Notes: generated by a model from the sequence alone, not told the origin. Counted from the stretch's first letter, positions 8,741 through 18,894 are shown. The stretch: DNA of 25,807 bases from a virus (IMGVR_UViG_3300017774_001882:1-25807), one strand, 5' to 3'. Made by a program: numbers and translations.

Positions 8741-11700
8741 ATGGCACAAATAAAGTACACAGCTAATAGAGATATACCGGGAAATATAGCAGGTGTTGAG
8801 AAATATTCAACAGAAGATACTCAGTTAATTTCTTCTTTTGAAGTAAATAGCTCTTTTGATACTTCTAGACATTTTGTAGAGTTACACCTTTTATCCTTAA
8901 GTGATGATATTCTCTTTAGTGAATATGACTACACAGGATTTAAGCAGTTAGGAAATGCTCAATCTGCAGGACAGGATGGAGCATCAGTACTTACTATAGA
9001 TCCAATTCAAGATAGTCTATCGTATGATTTTAATAACGGAGGTGTAAAGCTACTCTACCACTTCCTAAACGACTTATTTACAGACACTTCAGACTCCACA
9101 GAGTTATATATTCAAGATATCTCACCTGATAGAACTGAGTTAAAACTTGCTTCACTAACAATATCTCCAGAAAACTTAACAAGATTTGCCTCTAACGTAA
9201 AAACTAAGTTAGAGAGTGAAGCTTTCTTTAATGAATTTAGATTAAATTTTGGAGATAACGATCTATTAATAGGTATCAATATAGATACCCTAGATAGTGG
9301 AATAGAGAAAGTAGTTACAGTTAGATTATACGAACCATTACCTGCTACCTACGGAATAAAGAGTAAACTAAGAGTAGTAGAGTTAGTAGCAGATTCTGTT
9401 GCATACGAAGTAGATTCTGAAACAAAACAAGAAGAAGTATCACTCCCTACCTTAAAACCTGCCAATTTTAATCTAGAAATACAGGATAATAATATAATAC
9501 CTACCCAGTATTTAAACTATGATGAATTATTTAGCTACCCTATAAGTAATGCAAATAGCGAACTATTCTCTTTATTTAACGAAAAAGGAGTAGAGGTAAG
9601 TATAGATCATACACTTTATAGTGACTTTGTTCATTTCTCATCAGCTCAAGAAAGGTTGATGAATTTTAAATATAAATTAGATTTAGTAAACTCTTACTCT
9701 GCTAGCTTGGCTGCAATAAGTACTCAAACAGTAGGTCTTCAGGGAATATCTGGAAGTAGTACTTATTATAAGAATCTAATGGAAGGAGTTGTAAGTAACT
9801 TTGATCATTATGAGAGATTTCTTTATTATGAATCTGGAAGTACTAGCTGGCCAAAATATAACAATACAAAACCTTACCGCAACCAAGTAAGTACTACAAA
9901 CGAATCTGTTCTTTGGTATTCAAATCAAGTAGCAGAAGCTATTTCTTATGACAACACCAACTACAGTTCATTAGTATATTCAATACCTACTTACTTAAGA
10001 GAGGATGAAAATAATGAGAATTACTTGACCTTCATTCATATGATCGGTCAGCATTTCGATAACTTATGGTTATATGCAGATGCAGTGACAGATAAGTATG
10101 ATGCTGATAATAGGTTAAATAAAGGTATTTCAAAAGATTTAGTTGGAGAAGCGTTAAAGAATTTTGGAGTTAAATTATATACCTCAAACAAGTCTATTGA
10201 AGATTTATTCTCAAGCTTTGTAGGACAGGGTTATGTTTCTGGAAGTGAAATTATTAACAACTACATAACAGGTTCTTTAATAGGATCTAATACTCCTATT
10301 GAACCATCTTCTTTTGACAATTATCAAAAAGAGATACAAAAGAGAATCTACCATAACCTTTCTTACCTACTAAAAACAAAAGGTACAGAGAGAGGATTGA
10401 GAGCACTTATTAACTGTTTTGGTATTCCTTCAAATATTTTAGAAATAAAACAATACGGAGGAAGAAATACAGATGAAAGACCTTTTTATGGAGATTACCA
10501 ATACTACACAAGTTCTTTAAGTAAAGTTAGAACCGACCATACAGGTAGCATTATATCAGGAAGTACCTTATCAAGCCATACATCAATAATAAAAAGGGAT
10601 AATAAGTATACAGATGACTTGCATGTTGTTGAAGTAGGATTTTCTCCTACTGATAATGTAGATAAGTATATAATAAGTAAACAAACCTGTAACGTACACA
10701 GTATATCCAATACAAGTCTATCTACAGCACTTTTTAGTTATATAAACTGTACAACTTTTTCTACAATAGTTTCAACAATTAATGCAGGAACTACCACACT
10801 AATAACTGCAATATCAGGGTCATTAATTTTTAATACTCCAAGCCAAGTAACCGTAACAGTACAAGGACCTTCCCCTACCAGCTTTAATATAGACAACTAT
10901 ATAGGAGATCCAAGTAACCTGACACTTCCGAACTACCAAGGGCTTTACCAAGTAGCAGAAGATATATTAGGGAATTTAGATCAATACGATGTAAGAGCAT
11001 ATGTTAGGTTAATTAAATTTTTTGATAACGTAATCTTTAAAATGGTTAAAGACTTTGTACCTGCTAGAGTAGTAGCAGATACAGGAATTATTATTAAACC
11101 AAATTTACTTAATAGATCAAAAGCTAAATCAATAACACCCTCAGTTGCCCCAATTACATCTGCATCAATAGATAATGCATTTAACTATACATCATCTATA
11201 GATACAGCTTTTATAGAAGGAAAAAACGGAGGATCATTTAGATCAGGTTCATCAGAATATAGTACTAATCATAGAAAATACGTGAAAGGGCTTACGTCAA
11301 CACGCTTAGAAAGATCAGTTCGTGATGAATCTCCTAAGTTTACAGGAGAGCTTACAGGAAGTCAAATCACTTTATCAACAGGAGAATTAAATGTAGCAAA
11401 TTTATTTAAACAAACAGATAATAGTAAAACCTACTACCATGTTCAGTTATACGAAGGAATACCTAATACAGTGTGTTTACTTACCAATACAAACCAAACT
11501 GTAGGTATCGTAAATGGAGGAGTTACAGTTAACTTTTCAACAATATTTCCTCTAGCAAATGCAGGAACACAGTATACTGTAAACGGAACTGCAGTACAGG
11601 GAGGTTCTTATACCTTCCCTAATCAACCTCAATACGACCCCTACACTATAGTAGCAACTACCCCAAACCTATATACCAACCCACCAACCAATACCATACC

Positions 11701-12865
11701 GTGCTCTGCAACAAAAATCGTAAGAGTAGTAAACTGTACAATAATCCCTGCTGTAGGTGCAGCTACCGCACCAACATCAGTAGATGCTACAACTACTTAT
11801 GACATAACATCATGGTTTAACACAGGAACTAACACACAAGTAGACTACTTTATAAACGGTCAAATAATTTCCAATCCAAATGCTTATATATTTACAGGAG
11901 TAGCAGCAAACCAAACACTAGTAGTTACAGCAGTAGATAGAGTTAGAACTAGTTGTGTGGCAGAGGTTAGAGTAAGCACAAACCCATGTCAATTGAAAAA
12001 ACAATCTGCAAGAATAGGACAACCGGTACCAAATCACCCTGGCGATATTGTAGGGTATAACATCGTACAAGATTATTTTACAGGAGATGATGGTAATACA
12101 GCTTATGAATTTAGATTACTGTATACAAACACATCTGGTGTAGAAGTGAAACTAACTAAACGTGGCGATAATGCTAACCCAGACGGATACATTCCTGTAG
12201 CAGGAACACATTTAGCAGGTCCAAACTACTTCCCAATGGAAGATTGCTTAATCAGCAACGCCAACGCTATCTTCATCAACGGCCTTTGGCCTTCTTTAGA
12301 CCTTTTAGCAACACCTACTGGATTAGCAACCGTAAATGCACAAGGAGAGTATGTCTTTCCAGATTATGTACTATATAGATCAGAAGTAGGAGACTACCCT
12401 GATAAATTAAAAGTACAGTTTAGAGCTAATGCAAGCACAATCGCCGTACCGAATTGTATTGCAGAATCTTCAGTAAGACCTTATAGTAAGTCTTACGGTA
12501 ATTATGCATCCTACCCAGTAACTCTTAGCCACACAACATCAGGTGAACATGGTAACTTCTTTTACCTATGTAATTTTTATATAGAAAACACATTCTATAT
12601 AAGTGAGCTACTACCGACAAATAATATTGGAAGTCAAGCTGGCTCTTCTTTCTTAGACAATTTTGCAAGTGCTGGAGTTACACTGTTTTCAGACGTAAAT
12701 AGGATAGTCCCTACAACTGCTAGATGGGTTTCTGATGGTATAAAAGTATATAAATACCACGGTGGAGGAGAATGGAGTACTTCATTAGCTCCGTACAACT
12801 TATGCAGCGCACACCCGAATCCTCCTGCTAGTGATGATTTTTCAAATAGTGATTATAACCCTTAA
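8741..12865 (+). CDS. Large baseplate wedge protein (T4 gp7 / P2 tail-I-like core) with C-terminal Ig/SprB-like domains
   Basis: LVYSIPTYLRED...MIGQHFD and LLKTKGTERGLRALINCFG (tail-I-like KGT motif), VKDFVPAR; T/V/N/C-rich beta-sandwich C-terminal third. Confidence 0.7.
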   Translation: MAQIKYTANRDIPGNIAGVEKYSTEDTQLISSFEVNSSFDTSRHFVELHLLSLSDDILFSEYDYTGFKQLGNAQSAGQDGASVLTIDPIQDSLSYDFNNGGVKLLYHFLNDLFTDTSDSTELYIQDISPDRTELKLASLTISPENLTRFASNVKTKLESEAFFNEFRLNFGDNDLLIGINIDTLDSGIEKVVTVRLYEPLPATYGIKSKLRVVELVADSVAYEVDSETKQEEVSLPTLKPANFNLEIQDNNIIPTQYLNYDELFSYPISNANSELFSLFNEKGVEVSIDHTLYSDFVHFSSAQERLMNFKYKLDLVNSYSASLAAISTQTVGLQGISGSSTYYKNLMEGVVSNFDHYERFLYYESGSTSWPKYNNTKPYRNQVSTTNESVLWYSNQVAEAISYDNTNYSSLVYSIPTYLREDENNENYLTFIHMIGQHFDNLWLYADAVTDKYDADNRLNKGISKDLVGEALKNFGVKLYTSNKSIEDLFSSFVGQGYVSGSEIINNYITGSLIGSNTPIEPSSFDNYQKEIQKRIYHNLSYLLKTKGTERGLRALINCFGIPSNILEIKQYGGRNTDERPFYGDYQYYTSSLSKVRTDHTGSIISGSTLSSHTSIIKRDNKYTDDLHVVEVGFSPTDNVDKYIISKQTCNVHSISNTSLSTALFSYINCTTFSTIVSTINAGTTTLITAISGSLIFNTPSQVTVTVQGPSPTSFNIDNYIGDPSNLTLPNYQGLYQVAEDILGNLDQYDVRAYVRLIKFFDNVIFKMVKDFVPARVVADTGIIIKPNLLNRSKAKSITPSVAPITSASIDNAFNYTSSIDTAFIEGKNGGSFRSGSSEYSTNHRKYVKGLTSTRLERSVRDESPKFTGELTGSQITLSTGELNVANLFKQTDNSKTYYHVQLYEGIPNTVCLLTNTNQTVGIVNGGVTVNFSTIFPLANAGTQYTVNGTAVQGGSYTFPNQPQYDPYTIVATTPNLYTNPPTNTIPCSATKIVRVVNCTIIPAVGAATAPTSVDATTTYDITSWFNTGTNTQVDYFINGQIISNPNAYIFTGVAANQTLVVTAVDRVRTSCVAEVRVSTNPCQLKKQSARIGQPVPNHPGDIVGYNIVQDYFTGDDGNTAYEFRLLYTNTSGVEVKLTKRGDNANPDGYIPVAGTHLAGPNYFPMEDCLISNANAIFINGLWPSLDLLATPTGLATVNAQGEYVFPDYVLYRSEVGDYPDKLKVQFRANASTIAVPNCIAESSVRPYSKSYGNYASYPVTLSHTTSGEHGNFFYLCNFYIENTFYISELLPTNNIGSQAGSSFLDNFASAGVTLFSDVNRIVPTTARWVSDGIKVYKYHGGGEWSTSLAPYNLCSAHPNPPASDDFSNSDYNP

Positions 12866-12897
12866 TTAGTAATTTACAAAATAATAACTAAAGTAAA

Positions 12898-14079
12898 ATG
12901 ACAGAACAAGCATTTATAACCTTACATAGCAGTAATATTGTAGGAAATATTAATTACCCAAACAGGATTAATATTAACTACGACGCTACAGGACCAGGTA
13001 CAGGAAAAATAACAGGGGTTAGTATTACAAATAGAGCACTACCCCTTAGCACTACACCAGAACTTGGAAGTACTCTTGCAAAAGCAACCTCTATACGATT
13101 TAAAATAGATAATATACCTTTTATATTAAGTATAAGAAGTAGAAGTAGAATACAAAGCCCACCAGGTTCAAACGCATACGATTTCTACTACTACAGAGTA
13201 ACACCAGTAGATTTTACAATAACAGATGCAGATGGTTATATATCAGATGTACAGGTACTTATTGCACCGTATACTGCAGATATTTTATTTGAAAACAGTG
13301 AGTATAATCCGTTTATAGGAGATACACAAGAAAACAGGCAATCTAAAACAGTATTTAAAGCTGATAGAGGGGAGTCTGCCGTTATACCTACTAACTTTCA
13401 GAGTATACTAAACGGAACAGCTACATATGCTGATATACAGGATAGTAACTACAGTGCTACAGGATGGAGTAATGCAAGGTATAGCGGTACAAAAACATCA
13501 GTAGCTAACTACGGGGTAGCACCAGTACTTCTTGGTAGAACAGTACAAGGAGAGATAAACACAACCGGTTCTGCACAATCTATTATCTGCTCAAGATCAA
13601 TTGCAGATAGAGTAATAGAACCTATCTTTCACACAGGAACTGCAGAATTGCCAGAATATAGAGAGGTAAGAAGTAGGTATAAATTAGCGGCAGATATAAC
13701 AGCTTTTAATACTGAAATAACGTACACTTACGGATATAATGCAGCATCAGCGTCAATAGAGGTGGGTAATATAATCCGAATACAAAATACTTCAAACGCT
13801 GCTGGACAAAATGATGAGTATATGAGGGTTAAAAAAATATTCCCTAATACACTTAAGATGGAAGTAGAAAGAGAGTATGTAGGAGCAGGTGCTGCAAGTG
13901 GACACACCGCTAATGATAGGATATTAGTAATACTACCTGTTAGCCTGTATCAATTCGATGAAACAGGTGTAAACTTTCTTACTGTAGCCAATTCGCAGGT
14001 ATGGGTAAAAGATTCTCAAGATATATTAAAAACAGATATTTACGGAGCAGTATACACAAGTTCTAGTTGTCAAAACTAA
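12898..14079 (+). CDS. Putative virion structural protein
   Basis: Beta-rich 393 aa. IQDSNYSATGWSNARYSG, and EYMRV...VEREYVGAGAASGHTANDRI resembles the E.I...V.RG..GT.A..H..G..V beta-barrel repeat of phage structural proteins. Confidence 0.6.
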   Translation: MTEQAFITLHSSNIVGNINYPNRININYDATGPGTGKITGVSITNRALPLSTTPELGSTLAKATSIRFKIDNIPFILSIRSRSRIQSPPGSNAYDFYYYRVTPVDFTITDADGYISDVQVLIAPYTADILFENSEYNPFIGDTQENRQSKTVFKADRGESAVIPTNFQSILNGTATYADIQDSNYSATGWSNARYSGTKTSVANYGVAPVLLGRTVQGEINTTGSAQSIICSRSIADRVIEPIFHTGTAELPEYREVRSRYKLAADITAFNTEITYTYGYNAASASIEVGNIIRIQNTSNAAGQNDEYMRVKKIFPNTLKMEVEREYVGAGAASGHTANDRILVILPVSLYQFDETGVNFLTVANSQVWVKDSQDILKTDIYGAVYTSSSCQN

Positions 14080-14080
14080 G

Positions 14081-14113
14081 TTTGATATAATTAATAAAAA
14101 ACATATATTTATA
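14081..14113 (+). promoter_or_regulatory. Putative late promoter ATATTTATA (copy 3) overlapping a host-like TTTG-N19-TATATTTA
   Basis: TTTG at 14081-84, TATATTTA at 14104-11, ATATTTATA at 14105-13; 19 nt before ATG 14133. Confidence 0.6.
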
Positions 14114-14132
14114 ATAAGATAAAAACAATAAA

Positions 14133-14792
14133 ATGGGATACTTAAATAATTCAGTAGTAACAGTAGATGCAATTCTTACTAAAAAAGGAAGAGAACTATT
14201 AGCAAGAGGAGATGGTTCTTTCAAAATTACACAATTTGCTTTAGCAGATGATGAAATAGATTATACACTGTATAATCCGACACATCCTCTAGGATCAGCT
14301 TTTTACGGAGAAGCAATCGAAAGTCTTCCTCTATTAGAAGCATTTCCAGACGAAACTCAAATCATGAAGTATAAACTTACAACTCTTCCAAGAGGAACTG
14401 CTAAGTTACCAATTCTAGATTTAGGATTCTCTGCTATCAGATTAAAACAAGGAGCATCACTTGCTATTACCCCTCAAACATTAAACTATTTAGGATCTTC
14501 TCAAACTTTTGAAGCAGGAGGATATGTAGCAACTATTGCAGATGCTAGGGTCTTAAATACATTTAACGGAGTAGGACTAAATACAGTAGAAGCTGAAAGA
14601 TTAAACTCAACTACAACTCTAGGTACCAATGTATCTAAAACTGTATTAGGTACATCAATAAACTTATCTGCTACAACAATTAATACGTTATTCGGAACTA
14701 ACGACTCTTTACAGACTACAATCACAGTAATAGGTAGAGATTCAGGAGCTAGACTAACCATACCAGTAACCATTATTAAAGTAAATCAATAA
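14133..14792 (+). CDS. Virion structural protein resembling the N-terminal half of the tail-collar fibre domain (DUF3751-like)
   Basis: AILTKKGRELLA...KITQFALADD resembles AILTxxGxxKLA...ITQMAVGDG of P2 gpH-type fibre N-termini. Confidence 0.6.
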   Translation: MGYLNNSVVTVDAILTKKGRELLARGDGSFKITQFALADDEIDYTLYNPTHPLGSAFYGEAIESLPLLEAFPDETQIMKYKLTTLPRGTAKLPILDLGFSAIRLKQGASLAITPQTLNYLGSSQTFEAGGYVATIADARVLNTFNGVGLNTVEAERLNSTTTLGTNVSKTVLGTSINLSATTINTLFGTNDSLQTTITVIGRDSGARLTIPVTIIKVNQ

Positions 14793-14795
14793 GAT

Positions 14796-15812
14796 ATGTC
14801 ATTTAAAAGATTAGACGCAGAGGATATCTCTATTAGTGCAGAGGCAGTAGTAACTCCTCTTTGGTCAACAGGTCTTCCATACCTAACAACATTCTTTACC
14901 TCTTCTCAGCAAGTATCAGGACCTTCGGGACCTTACTACTACGAAGTATATCAAACAGATCCACTTATAGCAGCAAACGCAACAGTACAGTTTGCAATTG
15001 CATATGGAGATCAACAAGGATCTGGATCAGCTCCATATAATTCAGCAGTAGTAGGTAAATCCCCTTCTTCTACAATTTATGGGCAGTATAGAAATTTAGT
15101 ATTTGGTAATGAAGATACAGATTTTACTTTTGGAACTGTTACCTCTCCTTACATCTATGCAATATCGGTAGATAGATCAAGATATAGAGAAAAACTATTT
15201 CCAGGCACATTTAATTTGAAACTAACGATTGCAGGAGCTACCCTACTACTTACAGATAATAGTGTAGATACAACAACACTTTCTTATGTAGATGCAGGAA
15301 GAGTTTACGATATTGTAAGTGGATCAAATGGATCAGCATACAACTCAGGTACAGGTGGTACAGGATTCCATCCAACACTAGGATCTTATGGTAAATTCTT
15401 ACCAGATGTAGGAATTGTAATACTTAACGGAAAAGCTTTAGATTCAGCATCTCCAAACGGACTAGCATTGAGTACAGGACGTACTTCTGCTAATGATTTA
15501 AACTTAAATAAATTTTACAACGCAATAAATTTAGGAGCAAGTAGTTCATTACAGTCAGAGGAAACAGTATCTTCAAACTATGTATTTGTTAGGGTAAGAA
15601 ACAGCGAGTTTAACTACTCAACTAATCCTTCTAACACAACTGGTTCTGGAGAGTTAAGACATGACGTAATGATTAATACTCCTCAAGCATATATGACAAC
15701 AGTTGGCCTTTATAATGATAGTAATGATTTATTAGCAGTAGCTAAATTATCAAAACCATTATTAAAAGATTTTACAAAAGAGGCGTTAGTAAGAATCAAG
15801 CTTGATTATTAA
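14796..15812 (+). CDS. Baseplate/collar structural protein with DUF3751-like C-terminal motif
   Basis: VRVRNSEFNYSTNPS and YMTTVGLYNDSNDLLAVAKLSKPLLK; paralogous to the next gene. Confidence 0.65.
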   Translation: MSFKRLDAEDISISAEAVVTPLWSTGLPYLTTFFTSSQQVSGPSGPYYYEVYQTDPLIAANATVQFAIAYGDQQGSGSAPYNSAVVGKSPSSTIYGQYRNLVFGNEDTDFTFGTVTSPYIYAISVDRSRYREKLFPGTFNLKLTIAGATLLLTDNSVDTTTLSYVDAGRVYDIVSGSNGSAYNSGTGGTGFHPTLGSYGKFLPDVGIVILNGKALDSASPNGLALSTGRTSANDLNLNKFYNAINLGASSSLQSEETVSSNYVFVRVRNSEFNYSTNPSNTTGSGELRHDVMINTPQAYMTTVGLYNDSNDLLAVAKLSKPLLKDFTKEALVRIKLDY

Positions 15813-15815
15813 TGA

Positions 15816-16889
15816 ATGAGTGCTTACAAAAAACTAAACAAACAAGATGCATACATTACTACCTATACAGCTCGAAAAAACTGGGCTATATCAGGTAGTG
15901 GTTACGTTTCTACTGGTGTTAAGAGACTTGTAGGAGAGTCAGGTTCTGGAGCATATTACTTAAATCAAAATGATATAGAAGGTATATCTTATACAAGATT
16001 AATCTTCAACAGTATAAACCATTTATACTACAGCTTATTTTCAAGCGGAAGTGTTATGACTACTGGTTCTTACGAGAACTATTTACAATCTTCTTTTACA
16101 AGTGGTTCTAGAAATATCCATGAAAAAATAGGGGTATACAGCTTACCTCAAGCAGTAATAGGTACACACATAGAGCCTTTATCTCTTAATATTATCCCAG
16201 AAGGTCCAGCAGCAACTAGCAACTACGTGGTAGGAAATTATGCTAGAGAGTTCAATCAAGATGATTATATGGAAGATTTTAATCACATATATGGATCTAT
16301 ACCCTACTCATCAGATATATTTATAGACTATATTGAAACAGAGGGGAATTATGTAGATGAAACTATACCAGCAGGAGGAGAGTATCTAGACATACCACGT
16401 AAATATACATCAACAGTAGTAGATGATGGAGAGGGGAATTTATACCTAAAGTATTCAAATCCTAAAAAATATGTAGGTAATGTAATCTACCCACACGGAC
16501 AGGTTATCCTGACAGATGAAAACGTAGCAACATACCTTACATCTTTCATCTCAGGTACACTAGTATATAAATCAAATCACCCAATATACACACACAACTA
16601 CCACTGTAGAGTAAGAGAGTCAGAATTTAACTTCACATATAATCCTTCAGCATTAACAAGTTCTTTGAAGACTGCTTACTATAATGATGGAGAAATTTAT
16701 ATAAGCTCTTCTGCTTATGCAAATGGTGCTTTAAACGATAATTTAACCGGAAGTTATTTCCAACCATACATAACAACAGTAGGCCTGTATAACGATGCAA
16801 ATGAGTTAATTGCAGTAGGAAAATTAGGACAACCAATACCAAAATCTGCAAATACAGATATGACTTTTATTGTTAAAATAGATATATAA
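15816..16889 (+). CDS. Baseplate/collar structural protein, paralog of 14796..15812
   Basis: CRVRESEFNFTYNPS and YITTVGLYNDANELIAVGKLGQPIPK; also DDGEGNL..VGNVIYPHG. Confidence 0.65.
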   Translation: MSAYKKLNKQDAYITTYTARKNWAISGSGYVSTGVKRLVGESGSGAYYLNQNDIEGISYTRLIFNSINHLYYSLFSSGSVMTTGSYENYLQSSFTSGSRNIHEKIGVYSLPQAVIGTHIEPLSLNIIPEGPAATSNYVVGNYAREFNQDDYMEDFNHIYGSIPYSSDIFIDYIETEGNYVDETIPAGGEYLDIPRKYTSTVVDDGEGNLYLKYSNPKKYVGNVIYPHGQVILTDENVATYLTSFISGTLVYKSNHPIYTHNYHCRVRESEFNFTYNPSALTSSLKTAYYNDGEIYISSSAYANGALNDNLTGSYFQPYITTVGLYNDANELIAVGKLGQPIPKSANTDMTFIVKIDI

Positions 16890-16899
16890 AACAAGCACT

Positions 16900-18864
16900 A
16901 TGGCAATTACATTAAGAACAAACAAAGGATCGGCACTTACCTATGATGAGATGGACAAAAACTTCTCACAGTATTTCTATTCAGCATCTAGATCAGGTAA
17001 TATAATGACACTGTACTATACAGGAAGTACAAACCTTACAGGGTATGACCCAAGTAGGGTAATTACTGTAGACTTAAATCCTGCAGAAGGAGTAGTCCCA
17101 AATCTTGTAGCAGGAGGAAGCGAAAGAAGTATACAATATAAGGCAGGTTCTCAATTAGCTGGACAACCTACTTTTGTTTATAGTGCTAATAACTACCTAG
17201 GGATAGGTACAGCAAATCCAGGTGTATTAGTAGAAGCAGTAGGTACTACGGTATCACCAGCAATACTCGCACTTACCTCACACCCAACAGTCAGTACACA
17301 AGCTTACGTAGTCTTTAATAAAGGGTCGGTAGAAGTAGGAGCTATAGGGAAGATAGACGGGGCTACAGATAATATAGCTATACTGTCGTCACAGGTAAAT
17401 AGTAACTTATATCTACGAGCAGGTACTAACCCTAATGCAATAATAACAATTGAAGGATCATCAGCAAATATAGGAGTAGGTACACCATATCCAGGTGCTA
17501 AACTAGAAACAGCTATTAACGGACTATCGGGTAAGACACTTATCTTCGGTAGAGGTGCAGATGGAAATTTTAACTTAACTGGTAAACAAAGTCATGCTTC
17601 AAATGCAGATGGTGCTGTTATAGGGAGTATAGGATTAGATTATATAAATCAAGAGAATACAGCAATTAGATTTCATAGAGGAGGTTCTCAAACAGGAGGG
17701 TATATGTCATTTGCCGTTAAAGACGGTAGTACAAGAATGCAGTTAGGTAATACTGGAACATTAACAATAATACCAGAAGTAGGTAACGCTACAGCATTTA
17801 ACGCACAAGGAAATGCACCAGGTGTAAACATGTACGCTACTGTACAAAACGACGGAAATACTCCAGACACTCAAGCAATATTAGGACTTAAAGCAGGTAG
17901 CGGAGCTACCCCAGAGATGTTTCAACTTGGACAAAACGTACAAGGGTATGCATTTATATATCAACCAAACAACCAACCTATATTCTTTATGACTAGTACA
18001 ATTATTAGACTAGGTATATCAGGTACAGGAAAAATAGGAATAGGAATAGGTAATAGTGCTCCACAAGGTCAAATACATATAGCTCAAACAACAGCACTAC
18101 CAGCAGCAGCAAACTCTAATATAGTATTAAAAACTTTCGAACACCGAGGAGGGAGTAATTACGGAGGAAGTGCAACGTATATAAAAGACTATGCCCGTAG
18201 AAGCGGTACTTCTACTGATGACTGGCTTACATGGAGTCACCACAACGGTATAGATATTGACGGAACACATAGTGTACCGGGTAATAACTCTACTAATTCT
18301 CCTCAGGGTACATTATCATGGTGGGAAAGACATCCATATAGCGGTTCACATGCTTTTGGATCTCAAAACATTACCAACCTTAAAACAATGGCGGGTTTTA
18401 ATAGAAATACAGTACTTGTAGGACACGCTGATGTAGATAAACATCCAAATGCAACACTATCAGTACTTAATCCAAGTAGTCCAAGTATAGTAAACGTAGG
18501 ACATACAACTGTTACAGGACCACATAAAGTAGTAATATCTGGAGGAGGTAGTAACGTAGATTACGGATATCATTTATCAGGAAGTACTACCACAGATGTA
18601 TTCTTTAAAACAAATACAGGAACACCTTCCATAGGGGAATTAGGATCTAACGGAACAACTGTAGCAAAAGTAGATGGACCTAATAACGTATTTACTATTA
18701 CAGGAAAATTAGCAGCAACACCAGCAGCAAAACCTGCTAACATGACTGCAACTGGAGTAGCTGGAGAAATTAGAATAGACCCAACAGCAATAAGCAGTGT
18801 ATACTATATGTATGTATGTATTGCATCAGGAAACTGGAAGAGAGTTGCACTATCTAATTTCTAA
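16900..18864 (+). CDS. Tail fibre / receptor-binding protein 1
   Basis: N-terminal LRTNKGSALTYDEMDKNF anchor; repeated GIGTxxP shaft motifs (LGIGTANP, IGVGTPYP, IGIGNSAP); C-terminal GVAGEIRID..YMYVCIASGNWKRVALS module. Confidence 0.8.
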   Translation: MAITLRTNKGSALTYDEMDKNFSQYFYSASRSGNIMTLYYTGSTNLTGYDPSRVITVDLNPAEGVVPNLVAGGSERSIQYKAGSQLAGQPTFVYSANNYLGIGTANPGVLVEAVGTTVSPAILALTSHPTVSTQAYVVFNKGSVEVGAIGKIDGATDNIAILSSQVNSNLYLRAGTNPNAIITIEGSSANIGVGTPYPGAKLETAINGLSGKTLIFGRGADGNFNLTGKQSHASNADGAVIGSIGLDYINQENTAIRFHRGGSQTGGYMSFAVKDGSTRMQLGNTGTLTIIPEVGNATAFNAQGNAPGVNMYATVQNDGNTPDTQAILGLKAGSGATPEMFQLGQNVQGYAFIYQPNNQPIFFMTSTIIRLGISGTGKIGIGIGNSAPQGQIHIAQTTALPAAANSNIVLKTFEHRGGSNYGGSATYIKDYARRSGTSTDDWLTWSHHNGIDIDGTHSVPGNNSTNSPQGTLSWWERHPYSGSHAFGSQNITNLKTMAGFNRNTVLVGHADVDKHPNATLSVLNPSSPSIVNVGHTTVTGPHKVVISGGGSNVDYGYHLSGSTTTDVFFKTNTGTPSIGELGSNGTTVAKVDGPNNVFTITGKLAATPAAKPANMTATGVAGEIRIDPTAISSVYYMYVCIASGNWKRVALSNF

Positions 18865-18885
18865 AAATAGAATAAACATAATAAG

Positions 18886-18894
18886 ATATTTATA
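18886..18894 (+). promoter_or_regulatory. Putative late promoter ATATTTATA (copy 4)
   Basis: GATATTTATAT is identical to copy 1; intergenic, 10 nt before ATG 18905. Confidence 0.6.

Noticed and set aside
12250-12290. AAC-rich stretch as a possible DGR template repeat, and the fibre-2 duplication as a TR/VR pair
   Set aside because: No second copy of the AAC stretch was found, the duplication's mismatches are not adenine-specific, and there is no reverse transcriptase in the window.
2359-12865. Bacterial eCIS/T6SS/tailocin locus rather than phage
   Set aside because: The phage-type sigma, T4-like gp6 architecture, multiple long fibres and flanking phage-type genes, with no bacterial housekeeping genes, favour a large phage.
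15812-15898. 28-codon ORF starting at the TAATG overlap, out of frame with 15816
   Set aside because: Short, almost wholly inside a conserved-looking gene and with no coding signal; the true start is 4 nt later.
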